The notes: generated by a model from the sequence alone, not told the origin. A stretch of DNA of 64,000 nucleotides from an uncultured delta proteobacterium (GCA_963840855.1 CAWJBB010000079.1:32001-96000), one strand, 5' to 3'. Positions 1-9,962 are shown, counted from the first letter of the stretch. Program-made: numbers and translations.

Positions 1-92
1 CTTGAACTTTTGCTTGGTTGACCATCCGGGGTCAAATCTTTACCTGAGACAGAACCGATATTTCGAGCTCCCGTAATCTCCTCTTCAGCCTA

Positions 93-1256
93 CTACACTC
101 CGATTTCCTTTACGTGCTCATCATCACATGGATAACGCAACTCCCAACCCGTAAGCATCGGTATCGCATATTCAAATGGAACATTCTCGATGACAATCTC
201 TTCAGTCTTCGCATATTGTTCCTGTGCAGGAACGCAATTATTAATGTCCTCACTTGGCAGGATCGAAAAAGGCGGTTGCAATACGCCAACATCATTGCCG
301 CCCAATGCAGAAACTATTTCGCCGAAGTTGTAATCCCTTCTTCCAGCATTATCTTTAAAAATGCTATAGGTGTTCCAACTCACGAAGCCCGAATTTGCTA
401 AGTTACTGGGACCAGACAATGGAGCAGGTACCTCTTGATTTGCCTTTTGGTACTTCTTGCCATACTCAACAAATGTTTCGCTGTGATCCAAATTGTATGC
501 CACTTGGAGCACCTCGTCGTCGCTACACAAAGCGAATCCAAATCCACGCGGGAGAATGGCAATCGACCCGCTTGGAGGAAAATCGGGGTTCTGGAGGAAA
601 GAACTAAAAGATGAAAGAGCAGTAGTCGTTTGTGTGTTCCCGTACCAATTTCCGGCGAAATAGAAGTTGTCCGAACTACCCGTACCGGCTTTACAGAAGT
701 TGTCCGCGTCGTCGTGGTTCACTAGCAGATTAATCGCTGCGTCGTTCCAGGCAATGATCGTATAGTGGTAGGTCCACTTATACCCTTCATCGCCACCATC
801 ATCTCTCAGTATACCCACTGCATTCCATGTCAGCTTTTTGCCCTCGAGTCTGATCTTACCGACTAAAGTTCCGAGGCCTGCAATATGTTGGTCGTCATCA
901 CCCAAGTACTCCGATTTCCAACCATTAAGAAAAACCGTCGCTCTGTTGGCGTATTCCGGAATTTCCAAACTTTGTTCGACCTTTATGAAATCTCCGTGAT
1001 CAAGTGTTGCAGTGCCTGATCCGTGTATCACTTTGATCGTCCCTGGAGTTTCAAATCCGACGGTAGGAGTCGGAAGATCCACTGTGGTAAGAGGAAGTTC
1101 GTCGAATTTTTCACAAATGTTAAATCTTGGAAATGCGCAAGCACCAAAACCGCATGAGACTAAAAAAGCGAGAATTAGAACTGGAGGAAAGGTCAAAAGT
1201 AGAACTGGAAGAAAAGTCAAGAAAGCCCGTTTCAAAAGTGAATCATTTGTATCCAT
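93..1256 (-). CDS. Putative lipoprotein with three beta-rich repeat modules, apparently C-terminally truncated
   Basis: Hydrophobic N-terminus with lipobox-like LVSC; recurring motif ATVFLNGWKSEY-GDDDQHI / AILPRGFGFALCSDDEV / AIPMLTGWELRYPCDDEHV; ends at TAG TAG inside the third module. Confidence 0.65.
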   Translation of the reverse strand: MDTNDSLLKRAFLTFLPVLLLTFPPVLILAFLVSCGFGACAFPRFNICEKFDELPLTTVDLPTPTVGFETPGTIKVIHGSGTATLDHGDFIKVEQSLEIPEYANRATVFLNGWKSEYLGDDDQHIAGLGTLVGKIRLEGKKLTWNAVGILRDDGGDEGYKWTYHYTIIAWNDAAINLLVNHDDADNFCKAGTGSSDNFYFAGNWYGNTQTTTALSSFSSFLQNPDFPPSGSIAILPRGFGFALCSDDEVLQVAYNLDHSETFVEYGKKYQKANQEVPAPLSGPSNLANSGFVSWNTYSIFKDNAGRRDYNFGEIVSALGGNDVGVLQPPFSILPSEDINNCVPAQEQYAKTEEIVIENVPFEYAIPMLTGWELRYPCDDEHVKEIGV

Positions 1257-1627
1257 CTCGCTTTCCTCTTACGAACTGCTTTCAGCAATCGATTTAGGCT
1301 TCCCCTCTCACATTTGAGGAATCGGGAAGAAGCGAGCCGCGACTTTGATTCTCTTAACGCATAGACGGCATTCGCGCGAGATTTACCTTTTTCCTCAACG
1401 AGTTGTCAATGCCGGGTCGGCGTCGAGCAAGCCTTTTACCGGAAGCACGCTCCCAATGTCGAGGCCATCTACATGCGGGTTAAATCGCCACGGCGTCTGC
1501 CTTGGTTTTCGGTGACGTCAATGCGGTCGTGAGCGGTTCCAACGCGGTTTTGAGTTCGCTTGCAAGATGTTCGTCGGCCTGGATTGACCCCCGCAAATTT
1601 GAGATTGCACGGGGTCCACATCAGTCA

Positions 1628-1873
1628 TTGAACGATTGAACCGTTAAACCTTTGAACTGTTGAACCGGCTTGGGCGCTCCTGTTTGAACGGCTGGAACCG
1701 GTGTTTCCGGATCATGTTTTGACTGAGTGGAACGGTTGAACGATTTGAACGACTGTGCCGTGAATCATTGAACCCTTGAATTGTTGAACTTTTGAACCGC
1801 CGTCAGGCCTTGAACCGAGCGCAGCGTTTGAACGACTTGAACGGTTTGAACGCGGCCGCATCAGTCGTTGAAC
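1628..1873 (+). repeat. Imperfect TTGAAC/TGGAAC tandem array (8-9 bp period clusters) with a GAGCGCAGCG core
   Basis: About 20 GAAC units read directly, e.g. TTTGAACGACTTGAACGGTTTGAACG. Confidence 0.85.
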
Positions 1874-1981
1874 GGCTCCTGTCAGATCACATAAAAACGG
1901 CACCGCTTTGCGCCAGGAATAGTCAATATCAAACCTGATACCTTGTTTGCTTATTTGTGCGTTTCCTTGATTGGGTTGGTT

Positions 1982-3034
1982 TTACCGCGGGGGAAGAGCG
2001 TCCGGGCCTGCGATCTTCTGAAAGATGTCCACGATCTCGCGCTCCCGCGGCAACTCCCTGACGGCCTTTTCCATCTCCTCAGGCAGGAGCGGCGTGGCGT
2101 CGTCGTTCGTGAGCTTTTTGTACTCCTTGTGGAACTCCGGATCTCGGAACGTCTTGCGAAACGCCTCTCTAAGAATCTCCGCCCGGTCCGGGGGCGTGCC
2201 CGGAGGGAGAATGTAAGGGGAGCCTACCAGGCGAAATGCGCGGAACATGGCCAGGACCCTGCTCTCCTTATCGCTCCGGGCGAAGCTCTCGATCTCCGGC
2301 AGGGATGCGAAACGGGGATAGGGGTGCTTATCCCCCTTGGGAATTTCCAGGATGGCGTGGACGTGGACCAGGCCTTTGGTCAGTGAATCGGCGCCGCGCT
2401 GCAGCACGGTATCGGCGATGTTGGCGCGCGAGTCGATCTCTCCCCGAAGCAGGTTTACGTCCAGCTCTACTCCCGAGTAGCCGGTCACGAAGCGAGGGTC
2501 TCTGAGTCCGATGAGCCAAGCGAACAACCGGCCGGTGATGTAAACGAAATGCCCTACGGCGTGGGCGCCGACGCGGAGGCCGGCGTGGGCGCGCAGTTTC
2601 TCAAGCGAGTTGAGGCCGAGCTCGCCGCGGGTCACGAAGACGTAGTGGCTCGCGGTGTTGGGCGCGCCCAAGTAAATAAACTTGTCGATGTCGTACTGCA
2701 CCCCCGCCTGCCCCTGAATGGCGTTGGCCACAACGCCTCCCACGTGGCCTACGGTCAGACCATCCGGGCGAGCCGAGCTGAAAACGTAGTTGCCCGCTTT
2801 ACGCCCTCCTCCCCCTGGCATGTACTCCGCCAAGATGTAGGGGTTGCCGGGAATGTACTTGCGCAGAAATGGGATCACCGCTTTAACGCGCATGTCGCCG
2901 GTTCCCCCTGCCTCGCCCGATTGGATCAGCGTAATGGTTTTGCCTTGGTAAAAAGGGGCCTGGCCATGGACCTGACGGCCAAGCAACAAAGGCAGGACAA
3001 GGCCTCCCACAAGAAGGCTAGTTTTGAATTTCAT
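1982..3034 (-). CDS. Tripartite tricarboxylate transporter substrate-binding protein (TctC/Bug family)
   Basis: Signal peptide; FYQGKTITLI, YMPGGGG, PDGLT and PPGTPPDR motifs. Confidence 0.9.
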   Translation of the reverse strand: MKFKTSLLVGGLVLPLLLGRQVHGQAPFYQGKTITLIQSGEAGGTGDMRVKAVIPFLRKYIPGNPYILAEYMPGGGGRKAGNYVFSSARPDGLTVGHVGGVVANAIQGQAGVQYDIDKFIYLGAPNTASHYVFVTRGELGLNSLEKLRAHAGLRVGAHAVGHFVYITGRLFAWLIGLRDPRFVTGYSGVELDVNLLRGEIDSRANIADTVLQRGADSLTKGLVHVHAILEIPKGDKHPYPRFASLPEIESFARSDKESRVLAMFRAFRLVGSPYILPPGTPPDRAEILREAFRKTFRDPEFHKEYKKLTNDDATPLLPEEMEKAVRELPREREIVDIFQKIAGPDALPPR

Positions 3035-3421
3035 CTGCCCCTACCGCGGGATTTGCTGTGTTTCTAATCTTCGAACCGCCCTTTTGTCAAACGCCAGGAA
3101 AGGATCAGACTACGCCGTCGCGTCAAGCGTTTTGAGAACTTCATTCTGCGGTGGCGTCCCATTTCCTGTGAAACTTCCTTAGCCAACGGAAAAAAAACAC
3201 CGATCGGCAGGATCTCCAGGCCTTTGCGCGCGTCATCCAGGTCCGAGTAATTGCTCACCTAGATCCTCATGCCATTCAGCAAAGTCACGGATCCCGTGGG
3301 CATTTGCGAGGGAGAGTTCCAGATGATTCCACATTTGCTTGACTGGAAATTGCCGGCGTGGTAACCGAGCGGAGGTTTTATCCATCTGCGTGCGCTGCAG
3401 AAACGAACCACGAGGGAAGCT

Positions 3422-4543
3422 ATGGAAGCAAAAAATTGCAGACTCATCGGTCACCTGGACATTCCCGGTGGCGGCCAGGTTGTGGTGCAGGGAAAACAGG
3501 CCTTCATTGGGCATATCAAATGGCCCCACGGAACATCCATCGTCGATGTTTCCGACCTCAAGCATCCTCGTCTCGTCAGCACCATCGAAACGCCCCAAGG
3601 TACCCACCGGCACAAGGTGCGCGTGCGCGGCGATATCATGATGGTGAATGTCGAGCGGTTGGGGAAGGATATGCAACCGTTCCAAGGGGGACTCAAGATT
3701 TACGACATCAGCAAGCCGGAAAAGCCGCGCGAGATAGCCTTTTTCAAGACCGGCGGAAAAGGTGTGCACCGCTTCACCGTCGATGAGCGCTACGCGTACA
3801 TTTCGACCGAGCTCGACGGCTATCGAGGCGGTTTCACGATGATACTGGACGTTAAAGATCCGGAGCGGCCGGAGGAGGTAGGGCGCTGGTGGTTGCCTGG
3901 ACAGTGGATCGCTGGGGGCGAAACTCCGACCTGGCGAGGTTCAGCCTACCACACCCATCACCCGATGCGCCTGGGCGACCGTCTCTACGTGAGCCTTAAG
4001 TACGGGGGGCTGGCCATTCTAGACATCTCCGATCTGCGCCAGCCCAAGATGATCGGCCGGCTGAACTGGCTCGAGTCCTATCAAAACTCCGCCCATACAA
4101 CGCTACCACTTCCTTTCAAAATCCGGAATCGAAACTGGTTAGTGGTAGTCGAAGAAGACTCTACGGACGAGATTTATGAGGATCCTTCCGCAGGCGTATG
4201 GATGGTAGACATCACCGCCGAGCACCTGCCTGTTACCGTGGAGACTTTCCACGTTCCTGACGGGGATTTCACCAAATTCAAGCGCAGGTTTGGCGCCCAC
4301 CAGCCGGCGGAGCAGGTCAAGGGAACGGTTATTCCTGTTACTTGGTTTTGCGCCGGGTTACGCTTTGTCGACATCTCCGACCCCTATCAGCTTAAAGAAG
4401 TCGGCCATTTCATTCCCGATCCCTGCGGAGGCCAGAATGTCCCTCAGAGCAACGATGTTTTCATAGACGATCAAGGGCTGATTTACTTGATTGATCGCTA
4501 TAACGGATTGGACATCCTCGAGTTTACAGGCTCCTGGAGCTGA
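3422..4543 (+). CDS. LVIVD-repeat beta-propeller protein, His-rich
   Basis: Repeated GTSIVDVSD / GLKIYDISKP / GLAILDISD / GLRFVDISDP blades; RBS GAGGGA upstream. Confidence 0.85.
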   Translation: MEAKNCRLIGHLDIPGGGQVVVQGKQAFIGHIKWPHGTSIVDVSDLKHPRLVSTIETPQGTHRHKVRVRGDIMMVNVERLGKDMQPFQGGLKIYDISKPEKPREIAFFKTGGKGVHRFTVDERYAYISTELDGYRGGFTMILDVKDPERPEEVGRWWLPGQWIAGGETPTWRGSAYHTHHPMRLGDRLYVSLKYGGLAILDISDLRQPKMIGRLNWLESYQNSAHTTLPLPFKIRNRNWLVVVEEDSTDEIYEDPSAGVWMVDITAEHLPVTVETFHVPDGDFTKFKRRFGAHQPAEQVKGTVIPVTWFCAGLRFVDISDPYQLKEVGHFIPDPCGGQNVPQSNDVFIDDQGLIYLIDRYNGLDILEFTGSWS

Positions 4544-4705
4544 TCGGGCCATTCTTCCCAGGAACGTGGTCGAGTGAAGCTGCCAATTGGATCAGCCTCA
4601 TACCGGCCTCCTATTGCTAAAGAGAAATCTTGGCAGGTCTAGATCGCTAGTTCTGCGCTCGCGAGCGGGGCTTGTACAATTCCTCTGGCCGGCGATTCCC
4701 TATTT

Positions 4706-4800
4706 CTACTCTGCCTTGGGAAAGCCAAACGCCTTAAATGCCATCTCCTCGCACCTGGAGGTATTTTGGCGGGTATCCCGTTGTCGCCGCGAGAAACTCT
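4706..4800 (-). pseudogene. Remnant 3' end of a paralogous ABC substrate-binding protein gene
   Basis: Minus strand reads ..NTSRCEEMAFKAFGFPKAE-stop, matching the neighbour's ..NTDKFLQQVFKAFGLPRAD-stop. Confidence 0.75.
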
Positions 4801-4822
4801 TGGGCTATTGTTAGATCCGGCG

Positions 4823-5946
4823 TCAGTCCGCTCTGGGTAAGCCGAAGGCCTTAAATACTTGCTGGAGAAATTTGTCGGTGTTGTGGAGCGTATTCCAGTC
4901 GTTCATCGACAGCTTCTTTCCTTGGATCACCTTTGCCAGCCCCGATTCCGGAGAATAGATCGACGTATTGAACGGCTCATAGTTGCTAATTATCTTTTGG
5001 CCTTCAGGGGTGGCCTGAAATTCCATCCACAGCAGGCTTGCATTGGGATGAGGAGCTGTACGGCTTATTGCGCCAAATTCTTGAAGTCTACCCGGCACCG
5101 GCTCAATAACCTTGCACTGCATAGAACCGCTGGCGTCTTTCTTCGCAGCTCTCATACAGGAGTGATAGTACGCCAGGTGAAACATAGTGTGCTCCCCACC
5201 GACAATCGCCGTAAGGGGCCGCGCGTCTGGCCACGAACCCAGACGGGTTCCTGCGCGGCAATTTTCTCGGCATAGTTCAGCGCCCACTTCTCACCCAGGC
5301 CCGCAGCCAGGGCGGCAAACCCCTGGGGACGGATGTCGACGAGAAATTTCTTCCCTTTAAGATCCGGCCTAAGAAATTCCTCCCACCCGTTCGGAACTTT
5401 GTCGTCCGAAATCAACTTTCGGTTGTATCCGATGGCGTGAATGGAGCTGCCCATACTCACGATGGTGCGATGCTTAGGGTCAATCATTGCCGGTGGAATC
5501 GCCAGCACTTTGTGCGTCGCCATGCCCAGGAAATCGAATTTCTTGATGTAGGGAATGACTGCAGTCCAGAAATCCGGCGATATGTTGAAGACATCCCAGT
5601 CCTTTGCTCCTCCCGCCTTTAACTCCAAGTAAAATCTTTGTGGGTCAGTGGTGCCCGTCATCTCTGCCACCTGAACGTCGATGAATGGATAATGCTTCCT
5701 GAAAGCGTTGATCACCGCTTTATAAGTGTCCGGTTCGAAGGAGCCCAGGACACGCAGTTTCCCCTCCTTCTTGGCCCCAGCCACGATCTCGTCGTGACTG
5801 GTCAGAAAAGTATAACCGGCAGCCTCAGCTTCCTGCCTGGCTTTGGGCAGTACGGGGTCAAGCGATGCGGCAAAGACATCCGCGCCGATCAGGCAACAGA
5901 ACACCACAAAGGACAAGGGAGCCGTCCGTAAAAAGCGTGCTTTCAT
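4823..5946 (-). CDS. ABC transporter substrate-binding protein (Fe3+/thiamine-like), frameshifted near 5218
   Basis: ORFs 5152..5946 and 4823..5287 join as VRGQTR/ALTAIVGGEH; AKKEGKL, GYNRKL and APHPNAS motifs; signal peptide. Confidence 0.85.
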
Positions 5947-6051
5947 TGGATATCTCCATTCCTACATGCTTGAGCTTGGCGAAAATCGATTTGCCCGACG
6001 GCGCGCTGCAGTTGTCATAGACTCTTGAGCAGCGTGCCGGGCCTCATATCC

Positions 6052-7092
6052 CTAATAACCCCAGCGTTCCGCTACAGCTTTGACTCGCTGGTACTCCGGC
6101 TCCAGTTCTTTTCGCGCTCTGAGTTCCTTGAAAGCTTCCTCGAGCAGGTCCTGTGCGCACACATCTTTGACGGCCGGGACATTGTAATCGAGTCCGCCGA
6201 TTCTCTGCTCATCCGCCAGCATCTGCTCGAGCCCCGTCGCTTTGCCGTCGATGGGAAACGGCATCACCTCCAGGTCGCGTGGCGCGCTCCACGTGGCTCT
6301 CTCCCGTTCCTCCGGATCCGCACTCCCGTTCAGCAGCCGCCTGTGCAGCTGACAGAGATACTCAAAATTCTTTGGCATATCGCGGCAGAACCAATAGCAT
6401 CGTATCAGCGCTTTGAGAAAGTTCTTGACCAAATCGGGGCGCTCCTCAAGGATTCGCCCAGTAGCAGCGATGATGCGTTCGGGCCGTCCGTCGGGATATT
6501 GATCCTTCGGTGTGGCAAGGATGTTGAAACCTTGCTTCTTGAGATCTTCCGCATCCGACGACGATATCGGGGCGCACTCCACTTTTCCGCCCAACAATGC
6601 ATCCAGATGCCGCTTCCTCGAAGGTCCTATCCTCACCCACTCCACGTCGCGCTCTAAGTCCAATCCCGCTTTACGTAGCTGAATCTGCAGCGACCAGTGG
6701 CGAATGCTATTGTAGTCGCTGATGCCGACTCGCTGGCCCTTTACATCCTTTAGGGATTTGATATGGGGCGGACCAATAATCACACCCGGTACCTGGTTTC
6801 TCCAGCCGGCGATAATGTAGACGTCTGCGCCCCGCGCGCGCTGAAAAAAGATCGTCCGCGATTGGACGTCCAGAGCGATATCCACTGATCTTTCCTTCAT
6901 TCCCTGCGCGATCCCCAACTTCTCCAGGCCAAAAGGGACCATCGGATCCCGAAGGATCTCATAACCCGGTAATCCCTCCGCGGTTTTGAGTCCCTCGTCG
7001 TACAAAAAATTCATCTCGTGAGCCGCCATGATGGGGACGATGTGAAGCGTATGATAACAAGTCGGACCTATTCTCAGTTTTCCGTCTAACAT
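6052..7092 (-). CDS. NMT1/THI5/SsuA-like periplasmic-binding-fold protein without signal peptide
   Basis: IKSLKDVKGQRVGIS, AGLDLERDVEWV and PDLVKNFLKA motifs; start MLDGKLRIG after GAGGGAGG. Confidence 0.8.
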   Translation of the reverse strand: MLDGKLRIGPTCYHTLHIVPIMAAHEMNFLYDEGLKTAEGLPGYEILRDPMVPFGLEKLGIAQGMKERSVDIALDVQSRTIFFQRARGADVYIIAGWRNQVPGVIIGPPHIKSLKDVKGQRVGISDYNSIRHWSLQIQLRKAGLDLERDVEWVRIGPSRKRHLDALLGGKVECAPISSSDAEDLKKQGFNILATPKDQYPDGRPERIIAATGRILEERPDLVKNFLKALIRCYWFCRDMPKNFEYLCQLHRRLLNGSADPEERERATWSAPRDLEVMPFPIDGKATGLEQMLADEQRIGGLDYNVPAVKDVCAQDLLEEAFKELRARKELEPEYQRVKAVAERWGY

Positions 7093-7556
7093 GATGCCTC
7101 CCTCTAGAACTGACATACAATCATAAAGGACCTATTTTCTTTTCATTTCTCTGGCGCCCGCGCGCTCGCAACGTACTTTGAAGCTCATACACCCCTGTCA
7201 GCAGCCACTGCATGAACTGGCTCCAGAAACGAGTGGAAGTGATTTGGCATCAGGCAGAAAGCAAAAATCTTGGCCGAATGCCGTCCCTTCGCGTCTCCCA
7301 CTAAAAAAAACAATGCACAAGTGCGCTTCTAGCACGATCGCGACAATCGTAGCAATGACTCCAGCGATAAGTGCTGCCTGCATCGGCGAGCGCACCGTTC
7401 CGGAAGCCACGCTGATGCGAAATGATCAATAAGTAACTGCTGAAGATTGACTCGACCGTGCGGTTTCGGATAATCTCGCTCTCCGCATCAGGGCTGAGCG
7501 TTTTAGATCGTCGCGACCACTCTCACGGATGCGCTGTTATCTTGACCTTCGCACCT

Positions 7557-7644
7557 TGAACCGGGCATCAGCCTTGAACGACTGGAACATCTGGAACTGA
7601 GCGTAGCGGCTTCGCATTCCGAAACGATTGGAACCTTTGGAACA
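7557..7644 (+). repeat. TTGAAC/TGGAAC repeat cluster with a GAGCGTAGCG core
   Basis: CCTTGAACGACTGGAACATCTGGAACTGAGCGTAGCG...TTGGAACCTTTGGAAC. Confidence 0.75.
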
Positions 7645-7680
7645 AGTAAGAATTTAACCTTTAAGAAGGAGGTTATCGTT

Positions 7681-8841
7681 ATGAATCACCGGAAGGCAAG
7701 AAGGATCGGATTGATGCTAGGGATGGCTGTCGGCTTCTTCAACTTTGCTTCAATATTTTCTTTTTCGGAAGTAATGTCCGCCGACGCGCCGAAACCCAGA
7801 ATCATGTTCATTACCACTGGCGGCACGATCGCGCACCGGGAGAACCCGGATGGATCAAATAGCAGAATCGAGTTGCCAGAGGTTATTGCCAATATTCGAA
7901 AACGCTACCCCCAACCGGACGTGATAGCCCTTTTGGAAAGTATCCAGCCCACTTTCAAAGAAGTCACGCTTGTGGGTTCCAGCTCTTTGCGGTTGCAGGA
8001 CTTTCTGCACATCGCCTGGGAGACGCAGAAAGCGCTTGACCAAAACTTCGATGCGGCGATCGTAACGCACGGGACAACGACTTCTGAGGACACGTGTTAT
8101 TTCCTGAATTTGCTGGTGAATTCAAGAAAGCCTATCGTGGTCACCAATTCGCAGCGCCAACACCTTTCCGTCGGCAACGAAGGCGACAGGAATTTGCTAG
8201 ACGCCATCATGGTTGCGACTAATCGCGAATCTAACGGTAAAGGCGCGCTGCTGGTCGAGGGAGCCAAGATTGTGGCCTGTCGAGAGGTGCTAAAGAATTC
8301 AGATCGTCCCGGCGCCTTCCTAGCGCAAAACCTTGGAGTCCTTGGATGGCTGGCGGGCGGCACCTTCAGCTTGGAACAGCGGGAAGCCGTTAGATACTAT
8401 CGCGAACCAGCGCGCAAACATACGTTCAAGAGCGAACTCTCGATCAAGGACATCGTCAATCCGGACGGCACGTTCAAGCCTCTACACCGTGTGGAGGTGC
8501 TGCCTTCGTATTACGACGCTAAGCCAGACGTGGTCGATGCCCTCGTGAATTTGGGCGTGCAAGGATTTGTAATCCACGGCTTGGCTCCGAGTGGCAGCAT
8601 CTTTAGAGATCAAGCGCCTCGCCTCACCGAATTGGCGAAACAAGGAATGCCCATCGTGCAGACAACACGCAACGCTGCCAGTTACGATGCTCCGGTGCGC
8701 GCCCGCCCGCCCTTTATCGGCGGTGACGATCTCCCTTCTCACAAGGCGCGCATTTTGTTGCAACTGGCAATGCAGAAAACCGAACGATTGACAGGAGGCG
8801 CTCGCCGCGACCAGATCCAGCAGCTGTTCGACACTCACTAA
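7681..8841 (+). CDS. Exported asparaginase/glutaminase family (type II-like) protein with a variant active site
   Basis: TTGGTIA motif; THGTTT (canonical HGTDT); C-terminal KARILLQLA; signal peptide; strong RBS AAGGAGG. Confidence 0.9.
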   Translation: MNHRKARRIGLMLGMAVGFFNFASIFSFSEVMSADAPKPRIMFITTGGTIAHRENPDGSNSRIELPEVIANIRKRYPQPDVIALLESIQPTFKEVTLVGSSSLRLQDFLHIAWETQKALDQNFDAAIVTHGTTTSEDTCYFLNLLVNSRKPIVVTNSQRQHLSVGNEGDRNLLDAIMVATNRESNGKGALLVEGAKIVACREVLKNSDRPGAFLAQNLGVLGWLAGGTFSLEQREAVRYYREPARKHTFKSELSIKDIVNPDGTFKPLHRVEVLPSYYDAKPDVVDALVNLGVQGFVIHGLAPSGSIFRDQAPRLTELAKQGMPIVQTTRNAASYDAPVRARPPFIGGDDLPSHKARILLQLAMQKTERLTGGARRDQIQQLFDTH

Positions 8842-9114
8842 GACTCGCCGGCAGCTTTGATACCAGAACGATAAAAAAAGACCAAACTGCTGACGATCCA
8901 TTACGGTGGAATCGGATGATGCAGGTGACGAGAGCGGCATTTCAGGCTCAAGCGAGGACTAAACAGGCCACTGATCCCAAGAGCCCTCACCCTCGTCAGG
9001 ACCTTTTTACATCAATCGGTCTCGTCCTGCTACCTGCTATAAATTCGATGGTAGACCCTTATGCTACGCTCTGGACTCCAATGGCATCTCGCTCATTCAA
9101 GTATCCGTGTAATC

Positions 9115-9603
9115 TCACCCGGGATCGGACGGTCTACGAAGAACCAAGTCTATTTCGTGCCTTGCTAGCAGGCTCTTCATGTCTTCGTCTTTGTCACTGA
9201 GTTTTGCGTCGTAGTAGCCATAATGCACGATCATCGCGATCACGTGAGGATAGCGAACCTTATAAATTAATGCCTGGCCTAGTGTCTCAGAAATCCTCGC
9301 CGAAGCTCGGTGGTCTTTCTTAACGAGCTTGAGCCCTATACCTATCAGTGGAGTGCTGCCCTCGTACACTTCGATATCGGGCCAAAAACTGGTCCCAAGC
9401 AGTTTTATGCTCGGCTTTGGTCTCCCAGGTCCGACACTAACGTTGCAGCCGTATTGTGTCCCATAATTACAAGTGAGGAGCGACTTGATGGCTTCGTGAA
9501 CGTGAGGCTGAAGATCGCGTTGCTCGTCGAAGTATTCGCCGCGAAGCGCCATTGATTGTAGCGTGTTAAGAATAGCGTCCTTGAGTTCCGGGTAGGTATT
9601 CAC
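9115..9603 (-). CDS. Hypothetical protein with PD-(D/E)xK nuclease-like motifs
   Basis: FWPDIEV...IGIGLKLVK followed by LGQALIY helix; AT-rich codon usage. Confidence 0.55.
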   Translation of the reverse strand: MNTYPELKDAILNTLQSMALRGEYFDEQRDLQPHVHEAIKSLLTCNYGTQYGCNVSVGPGRPKPSIKLLGTSFWPDIEVYEGSTPLIGIGLKLVKKDHRASARISETLGQALIYKVRYPHVIAMIVHYGYYDAKLSDKDEDMKSLLARHEIDLVLRRPSDPG

Positions 9604-9729
9604 GTTGCATCAATCAGTAAAGGACTAACTTTAACACAGCGCTCACCTCAACAGGTCGCTTACGAGTTCTCAGCACACGCGCCTTCTAGCACAGTTTTGG
9701 CGCGCTCGACAATCGGGCACGTGGCTAAG

Positions 9730-9930
9730 CTAGGGACGTTGTTGACCAGCAAACTGCCGTTGGCTGAGCCCAGCCTCAGTTCGGAGAGCCGCGATTTTAC
9801 GCGCGACATGATCGTCGGCCCGAACCCTCTCCAAGGCAGCCAATCGCCCAGGTTTACCTCGATAATACCGGCGATGGAGAATCTCCACGGCGTCGGTGGT
9901 CGCTTTTCGCTTCTTTTTCTGCACGATCAA
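9730..9930 (-). pseudogene. Truncated XRE/HTH transcriptional regulator (antitoxin-like)
   Basis: VARKIAALRTEAGLSQRQFA then stop before the recognition helix; RBS AAGGAG upstream. Confidence 0.7.
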
Positions 9931-9962
9931 CTCTCCTTATAAGTATGCCGGATGGGTGGTAC

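Noticed and set aside
88-95. Amber readthrough or pyrrolysine at the end of the first ORF
   Set aside because: Two consecutive TAG codons; the downstream frame does not continue the repeat module; no pyl genes seen
1628-1873. CRISPR array suggested by GTTGAAC-like repeats
   Set aside because: Units are only 8-9 bp, with no constant 25-40 bp repeat, no unique spacers and no cas genes
7198-7410. Small hydrophobic ORF
   Set aside because: No RBS or recognisable family; may be a remnant or a chance ORF
9282-9294. GTGTCTCAGAAAT matching the TIR at 62160
   Set aside because: Lies inside an uninterrupted ORF with no partner repeat; likely chance
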